Part shown: positions 24,810 through 32,000 of the stretch, in pieces
How the letters are laid out: each line of letters opens with the position of its first letter
How positions within the stretch are numbered: position 1 is the stretch's first letter
Source: an uncultured Candidatus Saccharibacteria bacterium
GTDB taxonomy: Bacteria; Patescibacteriota; Saccharimonadia; Saccharimonadales; Saccharimonadaceae
DNA: 32,000 nt
Assembly (NCBI GenBank): GCA_964406725.1
Contig: CAYOSV010000003.1
Span: forward strand, 9,962-41,961
Direction: 5' to 3'
The notes under the pieces: generated by a model
Told to the model about the DNA's origin: nothing
Databases searched by the model: none
Seen by the model: only the letters and a program-made list of their open reading frames with translations
Program-made: the position numbers and the translations under genes

Positions 24810-24842
24810 AGTCTATAGCTTCTACAGCTACTGGGGGATAAA
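24810..24842 (-). repeat. 33-nt perfect inverted repeat, right copy
   Basis: Reverse complement is identical to 23781-23813. Confidence 0.9.
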
Positions 24843-24896
24843 AAATCTATCACTCCTGGTGTGAAATCAATGGTTCACAAGAAACAGATAAAATCC

Positions 24897-26630
24897 TTAC
24901 GGCGTCTGATTCTTGGTTCCCTTGGTCACCCCCCAGTTTTCCACATCCAAAAACCTATCTAGCGCAGTTACGAGTACATTTGAATCGTTATATGTCTGTA
25001 CGTTTTTATTGTATATATAAGTCATATTGGCTTGATAAAGGCCAATGGCCGGCACGTCTGTCGCCCAATACTCCAAAAACTTCTCGTACTTACGAGCCCG
25101 AAGTGCGGTATCCATTGTGCCACGTGCTCCTATCAAAAGATCATCCACTAGCGAATTACGATAATTCGATAAATTTAATCCTGCCGCCTGGGCCTGCGAA
25201 GAATGATAATAGGCCAAAGGATCTGGATCGGCGCCAAGCTCAATGCTATAAACTAGAATATCGTAATTTCTCCGAGATATAATGTTGGCCACAAACTCTT
25301 GACTTTCTGCATAAGTAGATACGCTGCATTCTATTCCTAGAGCCTGCAAATTATCTGCGAGCTTCCCTGCTACCGCTGGCAAATATCCAGAATCAACCGT
25401 CGCAATCTCCAGATGGATTTTTTCACCACTAGATAACTCCTCAATTTTTTCTTTAGCCATCACCTCATCTCCAGTTGGTATCATTGGGTGATTCTCAAGT
25501 AAGATTTGAGAATCCAAAATCGGAAAATCTAGTGCCTTGGTATCTGGTGCCGCCGCCCGAATTTCTGATAAGTTTAATCCTTGTCTAATCGCCCGTCTCA
25601 TGTCGGCGTTAGCGAGTGCTCCTCGTGAATTATTTAAGAATGCAAACGCCCCCGAATTAATACTAGAAAGCCTTTTTGCATAATTGCTGCCAGTAGCCAT
25701 ATTTGCCATCTCACCGTCTAATTCTGCCGTGGCAGTCACTCCTCCGGATTTTAGGGCTGTCTCTACGTCCGCTTTGTCCGCATAGGAATGTATAGCAAAA
25801 CTACCAATCATAGGCTTACCTAGATAATAATTCTGGTTAGCCGTAAGATACACCACTTTTTCGTCTTCGCTACTAGTCTGTATGGCATTAAAATCAAAAG
25901 CCCCACTTGTTACCGGGCTTTTTGAAAAATTAGCTTCCGCCAAAGTCTTTATTGGCGTATCTTTCAAAATATGCTCTGGCACTATCGGTATTACTAGAGC
26001 CGAAGCAAAATCTGCGTAGGCTGACGGCAACTCAAACACGATATCGCCGTTTTCGTCTTCGGATACTTTTGCTCCTTCAAGATTGGCGGTATAAATTGTA
26101 CTTACCGCTGGATTCTGGATTAATTCAACTGTAAAAAGTACATCTTTATTCGTAATCGGCTCTCCATCCGACCAGACCAATCCGTCTCGCAAATGAATTC
26201 GCCAAATTTTGCCGTCATTAGTATGCCTGACGGTACTTGCTAGTTGTGGACCAGGGTGTCCCGAAAAATCATCATAGACCAACGTCGCAAACATCAGCTT
26301 GCTAAGGGCCTTTTCGCTACTGGTGGTCGCAAAAAGTGGATTCAAAGAATTGATACGACCAATCGTGGCCTCAATATAAGTGCCACCAGGCACATAGGTA
26401 TTTACCGCATAAGACTCGCCAAACCAAAAAGCCTGTGCTACCCCCACTAGCACCAAAGCCACAATAAGTAGCGTCCACTCTAGAACCAGCAGGCGGATTT
26501 TTTTGACATGAGAAAGCCGCCCAATAAAATTCTCCTTAATATGTTCCTTGCTATCCTCGCTAGCTTTTAAAGACACTCGTGAAAACTTCTTTACGAATCT
26601 CTGCCCACGTTTTTTGATCGAACTAGCCAT
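24897..26630 (-). CDS. ABC transporter substrate-binding protein, peptide/nickel (family 5, OppA/DppA-like), N-terminally membrane-anchored
   Basis: N-terminal TM LLVLEWTLLIVALVLVGVAQAF, then SBP_bac_5-like segments (LVWSDGEPITNKDVLFTVELI, NYDILVYSIELGADPDP). Confidence 0.8.
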   Translation of the reverse strand: MASSIKKRGQRFVKKFSRVSLKASEDSKEHIKENFIGRLSHVKKIRLLVLEWTLLIVALVLVGVAQAFWFGESYAVNTYVPGGTYIEATIGRINSLNPLFATTSSEKALSKLMFATLVYDDFSGHPGPQLASTVRHTNDGKIWRIHLRDGLVWSDGEPITNKDVLFTVELIQNPAVSTIYTANLEGAKVSEDENGDIVFELPSAYADFASALVIPIVPEHILKDTPIKTLAEANFSKSPVTSGAFDFNAIQTSSEDEKVVYLTANQNYYLGKPMIGSFAIHSYADKADVETALKSGGVTATAELDGEMANMATGSNYAKRLSSINSGAFAFLNNSRGALANADMRRAIRQGLNLSEIRAAAPDTKALDFPILDSQILLENHPMIPTGDEVMAKEKIEELSSGEKIHLEIATVDSGYLPAVAGKLADNLQALGIECSVSTYAESQEFVANIISRRNYDILVYSIELGADPDPLAYYHSSQAQAAGLNLSNYRNSLVDDLLIGARGTMDTALRARKYEKFLEYWATDVPAIGLYQANMTYIYNKNVQTYNDSNVLVTALDRFLDVENWGVTKGTKNQTP

Positions 26631-26631
26631 T

Positions 26632-26862
26632 TTACTCCATCGGGATTATCAAAAGCGCTAGAATTGAAGCTATAAAAATCACTACGAAAACAATTGTCGC
26701 TACAAACAAAGACTTTTCGAGCCCCCGCCGCTGAGTATATAATTCTCCAGAGCTACCAAACCCCGCCCCAAGAGACGCACCGCGCTGTTGTAACAAAATC
26801 AAAAGTATCGACAGAATCGCTGAAATCAAAGTAGTTGCCTGTAAAAAACTTCCTAATTGCAT
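26632..26862 (-). CDS. secG: Preprotein translocase subunit SecG
   Basis: 76 aa with two TM helices flanking LLQQRGASLGAGFGSSGELYTQRRGLEKSL, the SecG signature loop. SD aggag upstream. Confidence 0.85.
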   Translation of the reverse strand: MQLGSFLQATTLISAILSILLILLQQRGASLGAGFGSSGELYTQRRGLEKSLFVATIVFVVIFIASILALLIIPME

Positions 26863-26883
26863 AAAATAAATAACTCCTACTAC

Positions 26884-28137
26884 TTATTTTAGCATAGATT
26901 TTCGTTTTAGCAAAGTGTGATAAGTAATAGCAAACCGATGCGATTCCTCGTCAATCCGAGCAATCAATCTTGCAATATGAGAAGTTTTGTCTAATTTTGT
27001 GAATCTACCATTTACTACAATGTTTACCTCGGCCGACTTTGAATGATCGCCCGACTTGTCTCGTCCAATCACTGGTATACCAAATGACTCTACTAATGGC
27101 AAAATAGCGTTCACTTGGGTAATCCCTCCATCTAAAACGATTAAATCCGGATAGTCCCACTCTTTATGTTTTAATCTCCGTTCAATCACTTCCCTCATGC
27201 TTTTGAGATCGTCTGAGCCCTTACCTCTCAGTTTGAACTTTCGGTATTCACTTCTCGCAGAAGCTCCATTGATAAACACTACCATACTCCCTACCGCATT
27301 CTCTCCTGACTGGTGTGAAATATCATACCCTTCAATCCTTCTCGGTGGTTTTTCTAAACCCAACAACTTCTGAAGCTCCAAAAGCGCCTGATCCGAAGAA
27401 ATATCCAGAAATTCCTTATCCGAAAATACAATTTTTTTCCTGAGTTCGTTTAAACCAAAAAGTTGGTCGCGCGCTTCCGCTGCCAGCTCAAAATCCCCAG
27501 AAGACGCAGCGGTTTTCATCGTCTTATCTAATTCCTTCATCAGTTTGTCTCGTCCGCCCTCAAGATACTTAATCAATTTCCGGAGATTTCGCTTGTAATC
27601 TGCCGGCGTCGAGCGCCCCACTTCAATCCCCGGCGTAAGACCCAGATCGGTATCCAAAGTCTTTTTCCCGTTATAAGGCTTGGTATAATACGGAAAAACC
27701 CGCCTCAAAGTCCTAAGCGCCTTTTCTACTGTCACTTTACCATAAAACGGCCCCACATACTTCGCCCCATCATCTACCGGCGTCCTCGTAAAACTAATAT
27801 ATGGCACCTCGTCCTGCATTGAGACTCTAACATACGAAACGGTCTTGTCATCCCGAAGTAAAATATTCCATTTTGGCATATACCGCTTAATCATTTCGGA
27901 CTCCAGAAACAGCGCATCCATTTCAGTATCCACGACAATCCAATCCGTGTCAAAAATCTCCGCCACCAGTGCTGTAGTCTTGGGGTCTTTTACAGTATTT
28001 TGAAAATACTGCCGCACGCGATTTTTGAGTACCGCCGCCTTTCCTACATATATAATTTCCCCAGCCTCGTTTTTATGAAAATAAACCCCCGGGCTCGCCG
28101 GGAGTTCTTTTAGTTTTTGTTTTAATGCCTCATTCAT
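26884..28137 (-). CDS. uvrC: Excinuclease ABC subunit C, short form lacking the C-terminal (HhH)2 region
   Basis: GIY-YIG (GVYFHKNEAGEIIYVGKA...LKNRV), UVR-like ELAAEARDQLFGL, endonuclease domain IEGYDISHQSG, DEESHRFAITYH near the C-terminus. 417 aa compared with about 600 typical. Confidence 0.85.
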   Translation of the reverse strand: MNEALKQKLKELPASPGVYFHKNEAGEIIYVGKAAVLKNRVRQYFQNTVKDPKTTALVAEIFDTDWIVVDTEMDALFLESEMIKRYMPKWNILLRDDKTVSYVRVSMQDEVPYISFTRTPVDDGAKYVGPFYGKVTVEKALRTLRRVFPYYTKPYNGKKTLDTDLGLTPGIEVGRSTPADYKRNLRKLIKYLEGGRDKLMKELDKTMKTAASSGDFELAAEARDQLFGLNELRKKIVFSDKEFLDISSDQALLELQKLLGLEKPPRRIEGYDISHQSGENAVGSMVVFINGASARSEYRKFKLRGKGSDDLKSMREVIERRLKHKEWDYPDLIVLDGGITQVNAILPLVESFGIPVIGRDKSGDHSKSAEVNIVVNGRFTKLDKTSHIARLIARIDEESHRFAITYHTLLKRKSMLK

Positions 28138-28143
28138 AATGCC

Positions 28144-28172
28144 ATTATATCACACTTATCGCATTTTGTCAA
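28144..28172 (-). promoter_or_regulatory. Consensus sigma-70-type promoter for uvrC (TTGACA, 17 nt, TGATATAAT), predicted leaderless
   Basis: The minus strand reads ttgaca-aaatgcgataagtgtga-tataat-ggcatt-ATG, leaving only 6 nt between the -10 and the start codon. Confidence 0.75.
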
Positions 28173-28205
28173 TAGTAGCACGCTGTCTCGATAAACCAAC
28201 CTAGC

Positions 28206-29921
28206 TTAATTTGTTGTATTATTAGTCAGCAAATCCGTCATTGCACCACTCAAAAGTTGGGACATCGTGATGTAGGTGGTCGGCTCTACTATCTTAAATT
28301 CCTTCGGATATGACAACGAAATGTCTGCTGTAGTTGCCGAGCTGGTGCTGTCATCTTCGCTATTTTTTTGGAAGTAGAAACGAGTAAAATTGTTATCGTT
28401 ATCTACTTCGGCGTACATAGTTGGGAAATTGCCAAAAATCTGTTCAATCATAGTAGCAGTTGTCCCACTATTCGAAGCGGCGCCACCCATACAAGCGTTT
28501 AACTCATTCACAAAACCATTATTGCCCAGCGAATTAGCAAAAGCACTCAGCTTATTAGAGTCAATCGTGAGCCGATAGAGCGTATTGGCTTTTTTGTCAA
28601 TCCCCAGATTCTCGGTCGAAGAATTGATAAACGGATTAGCCTTGTATTTACTCAGGATATCTTTACTGTATTTCGGCAGCGTAGAAAACGTATTAATGAG
28701 GCAAACAGAAGAATTGTCAAATAGATCAAGATCTTCCATCGATCCTGCAAAATCATTTGAAATCAAAATCCAGGTATTGTCTGCGGCTTGGAATAGTCCG
28801 CTAAAACTAGAAATCAAAGAGAGCGTTGGATTATAGGTTGCAGTGCCATCGCCATCTATACAATTAATCACGTCTGGATCTGGACAATCGCAAGGCGCTT
28901 GAATGCACTGACAGCTACTCTCTACTACTGCTGTGCAATTCGTAGTGGTCGTAGTGTCTGTACTGCTACTGTTTGAGGTATCTGCAGTATTGCTACCCGG
29001 TGTGTTTGTTGTAAGCGCATTCATAGCCTTAGTTAGACCCGAAATTTTGAAATACGTATCACCGGTTTTGTTTTGCATTTCTTCTATGGCGAGCGGAATC
29101 ACCTGATCGGCCCCATATTCAAAACTGATGTCTGCCGAAATTTTATTCATGCTTGAGGTAGTGTCAAAAGTGCCGTTAAAATCTATTATCGTATTGGTAG
29201 TGCTTACGGAATCGACTGCTGTACTATCACTATCAGATGTCGCAATGCTTGTTTCTATCTTTCCCTGCGCAGTCACAATGGTTGGCATTTCGCCACCGAA
29301 TACTTTTTCAATCGCTTTGGCAACCCTATCTCCGTTATTATTCATCATTACTACGGCCACTGCTGCTGCCCCACAAATCAATGCAATTGCTAGAAACGCA
29401 AATGCCCCAATCAGAAAAGTTCGTTTTTTATGATTGTCCTTACCGGCTGGCTCCACAATAGAATCTTTGGCGACCAAATCGGGGCCACTAGGTCTATTAA
29501 AATTAGTACTAGCTACTGGTGTCTGCGGGACTTCTGTCCTCGGTGGCTCCTCATTTGTAGCGACAAAATCCTCGGCCAACATATCTATCGTACCATCATC
29601 TATTGATAGTGCATCAAAAGTTTCTTCGGTTAGAGTGGTGGGTTTAACGGTAGTATTATTGGGCTCTACTGCTGGTCTAGCAACATTGTCAGGCGTCGCA
29701 ACTGGTCTATCATGATGACGTGCTACAGAACGCATCATTGGATCGACTGCACCGTAACTATCGGCTTTAATTCTTGGCGCTGCTGCTTTTTCTTCTGGGG
29801 ATGTTTGAGCTGAAGGGGCCGTACTCATCTCCGGCATATTAGAACTCGGCACCTTAGTACCCTCTTTGCTACCAAACATAGGATTGAGGGGGTTTGGCGT
29901 CCCACTATCGCTCCCATCCAT
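28206..29921 (-). CDS. Hypothetical single-pass membrane protein with disordered Pro-rich N-terminus and large extracytoplasmic domain
   Basis: SD aaaggagg. About 165 aa of low-complexity cytoplasmic region, then TM FLIGAFAFLAIALICGAAAVAVVMM, a Ser/Thr-rich stretch and a Cys cluster CTAVVESSCQCIQAPCDCPDPDVINC. Confidence 0.7.
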   Translation of the reverse strand: MDGSDSGTPNPLNPMFGSKEGTKVPSSNMPEMSTAPSAQTSPEEKAAAPRIKADSYGAVDPMMRSVARHHDRPVATPDNVARPAVEPNNTTVKPTTLTEETFDALSIDDGTIDMLAEDFVATNEEPPRTEVPQTPVASTNFNRPSGPDLVAKDSIVEPAGKDNHKKRTFLIGAFAFLAIALICGAAAVAVVMMNNNGDRVAKAIEKVFGGEMPTIVTAQGKIETSIATSDSDSTAVDSVSTTNTIIDFNGTFDTTSSMNKISADISFEYGADQVIPLAIEEMQNKTGDTYFKISGLTKAMNALTTNTPGSNTADTSNSSSTDTTTTTNCTAVVESSCQCIQAPCDCPDPDVINCIDGDGTATYNPTLSLISSFSGLFQAADNTWILISNDFAGSMEDLDLFDNSSVCLINTFSTLPKYSKDILSKYKANPFINSSTENLGIDKKANTLYRLTIDSNKLSAFANSLGNNGFVNELNACMGGAASNSGTTATMIEQIFGNFPTMYAEVDNDNNFTRFYFQKNSEDDSTSSATTADISLSYPKEFKIVEPTTYITMSQLLSGAMTDLLTNNTTN

Positions 29922-29955
29922 ATAAAAAACCTCCTTTTAACACTTATTAACTACC

Positions 29956-29964
29956 ATTATAACA
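29956..29964 (-). promoter_or_regulatory. Extended -10 promoter (TGTTATAAT on minus strand) for the membrane-protein gene
   Basis: Reverse complement of attataaca. It lies about 25 nt upstream of SD aaaggagg and the ATG at 29921. Confidence 0.5.
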
Positions 29965-29984
29965 TAAACATTTAAATTATTTAC

Positions 29985-30021
29985 AAAAAACGAAATGGAA
30001 TTCACTTTCATTTCGTTTTTC
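29985..30021. terminator. Bidirectional terminator-like hairpin between divergent promoters
   Basis: A6, then acgaaatg (29990-29997), an 11-nt loop, catttcgt (30009-30016), then T5. It looks like an intrinsic terminator on both strands. Confidence 0.55.
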
Positions 30022-30069
30022 TTACTAGCTTCTTTGCTGAACTTTCTTTCGAAAAGAAAGTTCAAGCCG

Positions 30070-30078
30070 TGCTATAAT
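30070..30078 (+). promoter_or_regulatory. Extended -10 promoter (TGCTATAAT) for eno, predicted leaderless
   Basis: tgctataat ends 6 nt before the ATG at 30085. Confidence 0.55.
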
Positions 30079-30084
30079 AAGCTT

Positions 30085-31413
30085 ATGAATATTCCGATAA
30101 CAAACGATTTTGTAATCAAATACATCAAGGCTAGGCAAATCTTGGATTCTCGCGGTAATCCTACTGTAGAAGCTGAGGTAGCACTCAAAAATGGTGGTAT
30201 CGGCCGTGCGGCTGTTCCCTCGGGTGCTTCCACCGGTAGCGGTGAAGCTTTGGAGCTTAGAGATGGTGATCCGGAAAGATATGGTGGCAAAGGCGTGGAA
30301 AAAGCCGTCTGGAATATCAATTCCAAAATCAAAGACGTCCTGATCGATAATTCTTCCGAGCAGGCCCAGGTGGACAACCTCATGCGTGAGCTTGATGGTA
30401 CGGATAACAAATCCAGCCTCGGTGCCAACGCGATTCTAGCAGTTTCTCTGGCAAACGCCAAAGCCAATGCTCGGGCCATGAAAATTCCGTTTTATCAATA
30501 CGTCTCCGAACTCGCTGGCGTGACTAACGAAATGTCTATCCCGATGCCGATGATGAACGTCATGAATGGTGGCGAGCATGCTTCTTGGAGTACAGATTTT
30601 CAAGAATATATGATTATCCCCGCCTCCGCCGGTACAATTGAAGAAGCCGTCCGGATTGGTGCTGAAGTTTTTCATGCCTTAAAGGACGTATTAAAAGAAA
30701 AAGGCTATCCTACCACCGTGGGCGACGAAGGCGGTTATGCCCCAAGAGTAAAAGAAGGCAACAACGAACCTTTGGACTGTATTAAAGCAGCCGTCGAAAA
30801 GTCTGGATATAAATTTGGCAAGGATATTTTGATTGCACTAGACATCGCCGCTAGCGAATTTTATGTCAAAGATTCTGCCGACCCGCCCTATGAAAACGGT
30901 CGTTACGAATTAAAAACCAACGGCGATTGGAAGACCGCTGAAGATATGATTAACTGGTATGGATACTTGGTTGATAATTATTCTGTAGTTTCTATTGAGG
31001 ATGGCCTCTCCGAAGATGACTGGGAAAATTGGAAAATCATGACCGAGCGTCTAGGTGACAAAACTCAGCTCGTCGGTGATGATTTATTTGTCACCAATAC
31101 CAAATTACTCAGTCGTGGAATTGAGTCCAAAGTCGCAAACGCTATTTTAATTAAACCAAACCAAATCGGCACCCTCACCGAGACCATTGATGCCGTAATA
31201 ATGGCCAAAAAAGCCGGCTACAAAACCATTATGTCGCACCGCTCTGGCGAAACCGAAGATGTTTCTATCGCTCATCTCGCCGTGGGGCTTGGTACCGGTC
31301 AAATCAAAACCGGTTCCCTTTCGAGAACCGATCGTATTGCGAAATACAATGAGTTGATTCGTATCGCCGATTTTAATCCGCGGCTTTCTCTTTCTCGACC
31401 ATTTCAGCAATAG
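30085..31413 (+). CDS. eno: Enolase (phosphopyruvate hydratase)
   Basis: [70 protein letters not shown]. Start set at Met31 of the ORF track, because the upstream ATG at 29995 lies inside the terminator hairpin and adds a non-homologous 30 aa. Confidence 0.93.
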   Translation: MNIPITNDFVIKYIKARQILDSRGNPTVEAEVALKNGGIGRAAVPSGASTGSGEALELRDGDPERYGGKGVEKAVWNINSKIKDVLIDNSSEQAQVDNLMRELDGTDNKSSLGANAILAVSLANAKANARAMKIPFYQYVSELAGVTNEMSIPMPMMNVMNGGEHASWSTDFQEYMIIPASAGTIEEAVRIGAEVFHALKDVLKEKGYPTTVGDEGGYAPRVKEGNNEPLDCIKAAVEKSGYKFGKDILIALDIAASEFYVKDSADPPYENGRYELKTNGDWKTAEDMINWYGYLVDNYSVVSIEDGLSEDDWENWKIMTERLGDKTQLVGDDLFVTNTKLLSRGIESKVANAILIKPNQIGTLTETIDAVIMAKKAGYKTIMSHRSGETEDVSIAHLAVGLGTGQIKTGSLSRTDRIAKYNELIRIADFNPRLSLSRPFQQ

Positions 31414-32000
31414 CCCGAGCTTCTTTAAAGCCATCGTAGAAATTCTCGGAAACTTTCGGATGCCCGATTTTGTTTGCGGCATCTACTACTTTTTGGATGT
31501 CATCGGTAATCTCAAAAATTCTTGCATCGTCTGCCTTTACCAACTTCAAATCAATCATCTTTTCAATTACTGCATCAAAGGCCGACCAATAGTCTGCACC
31601 AATCAAAGACACCGGCATCTTCGGCATCTTATTTTCTTGCATGAGACACAAAATCTCGGATAGCTCGTCCATCGTCCCAAACCCACCTGGGAAAAACACA
31701 AATACCTTGGCCGCCATCGCGAGCGACACCTTCCTTGCAAAGAAATACTCAAAGGTATAGCATTCTGAAAGGTAGGGATTCGGAAATTGCTCGTGTGCCA
31801 GCGTAATGTTAAAACCTATCGCACGGCCACCAATCTCATAGCAACCTTTTGACGCCGCCTCCATAATACCAGGGCCACCACCGGTGATTACTGCATGACC
31901 GTTCTTAGCTAGTTCTTCACCCAGCTGTCTAGCCATCTCGCAGTATTTATTGTCTTGAGCAAGTCTCGCCGAGCCAAAAATCGTCACTCCCTGCGGGAAA
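31373..32000 (-). CDS. LOG-family protein (TIGR00730-type, cytokinin riboside 5'-monophosphate phosphoribohydrolase-like), 5' end beyond window
   Basis: [30 protein letters not shown] motifs. The frame stays open to the window edge. The 3' end overlaps the eno 3' end by 41 nt. Confidence 0.85.
   Translation of the reverse strand, partial: FPQGVTIFGSARLAQDNKYCEMARQLGEELAKNGHAVITGGGPGIMEAASKGCYEIGGRAIGFNITLAHEQFPNPYLSECYTFEYFFARKVSLAMAAKVFVFFPGGFGTMDELSEILCLMQENKMPKMPVSLIGADYWSAFDAVIEKMIDLKLVKADDARIFEITDDIQKVVDAANKIGHPKVSENFYDGFKEARAIAEMVEKEKAAD

Noticed and set aside
22957-24842. Diversity-generating retroelement (TR/VR pair), since FISUMP/DUF1566/C-lectin modules are classic DGR targets, especially in CPR genomes
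   Set aside because: The differences between modules A and B are not confined to adenine positions of one copy. Many are C/T or G/C changes and synonymous third-base changes. No reverse transcriptase or accessory gene is present in the window.
23781-24842. IS element or MITE defined by the 33-nt terminal inverted repeats
   Set aside because: There is no transposase inside, only lectin-fold module sequence. No target-site duplication is visible next to the repeats: the flanks read ...caccaccc on the left and aaaaatc... on the right.
20314-24896. Direct repeat of the tRNA-Leu 3' end marking the far island boundary (attR)
   Set aside because: The only match is 7 nt (ctggttc at about 22736-22742), which is not significant. 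The right boundary therefore remains undefined.
29995-30084. 30-aa N-terminal extension of enolase ([11 protein letters not shown]...) as a signal or anchor sequence
   Set aside because: The ATG lies within a strong terminator-like hairpin. An extended -10 element sits between it and Met31, and homology to enolase begins at Met31.
1-32000. CRISPR arrays, rRNA genes or tandem repeat arrays
   Set aside because: I found no regularly spaced direct repeats and no rRNA-like sequence on either strand. The only RNA gene found is tRNA-Leu.

Overview
Manual reading only, with no searches run. All family calls rest on motifs visible in the supplied translations, and repeat coordinates were indexed by hand.

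The window looks like a low-GC, small-genome bacterium. Miniaturised enzymes, a UvrC without its C-terminal part, L31 type B and leaderless TGATATAAT promoters are consistent with a Saccharibacteria/CPR-like or similar reduced lineage. That assignment is inference and is not established by this window.

Core genes sit at both ends:
- Left end: a ClpP-like protease, rpmE2 and two secreted surface proteins.
- Right end: a uvrC-secG-peptide SBP operon, a large membrane protein, eno and a LOG-family gene.

The centre (about 3.8-24.8 kb) is accessory. In order it contains:
1. tRNA-Leu(GAG) abutting a start-less ORF remnant.
2. A visibly more AT-rich block on the minus strand: 15 translationally coupled genes plus an upstream GT4 gene. 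It combines a complete private malonyl-CoA supply (BCCP, biotin carboxylase, fused AccD-AccA, BirA, FabD) with FabF, a KAS III-like enzyme, an ACP, a F390-synthetase-like adenylating enzyme, an MBL hydrolase, an SDR, a FadD-like ligase, a stand-alone HxxxDG condensation-type acyltransferase, a VOC protein and an FkbH-like glyceryl-loading enzyme. It has no FabG/FabZ/FabI.
3. An AbiEi/AbiEii toxin-antitoxin pair with a promoter dyad.
4. Orphan ORFs.
5. A locus of three start-less lectin-fold (FISUMP/DUF1566-like) modules in opposed orientations, with interleaved near-perfect inverted repeats.

The biosynthetic island, its structured 5' leader and the inverted cassette locus are the items most worth follow-up.
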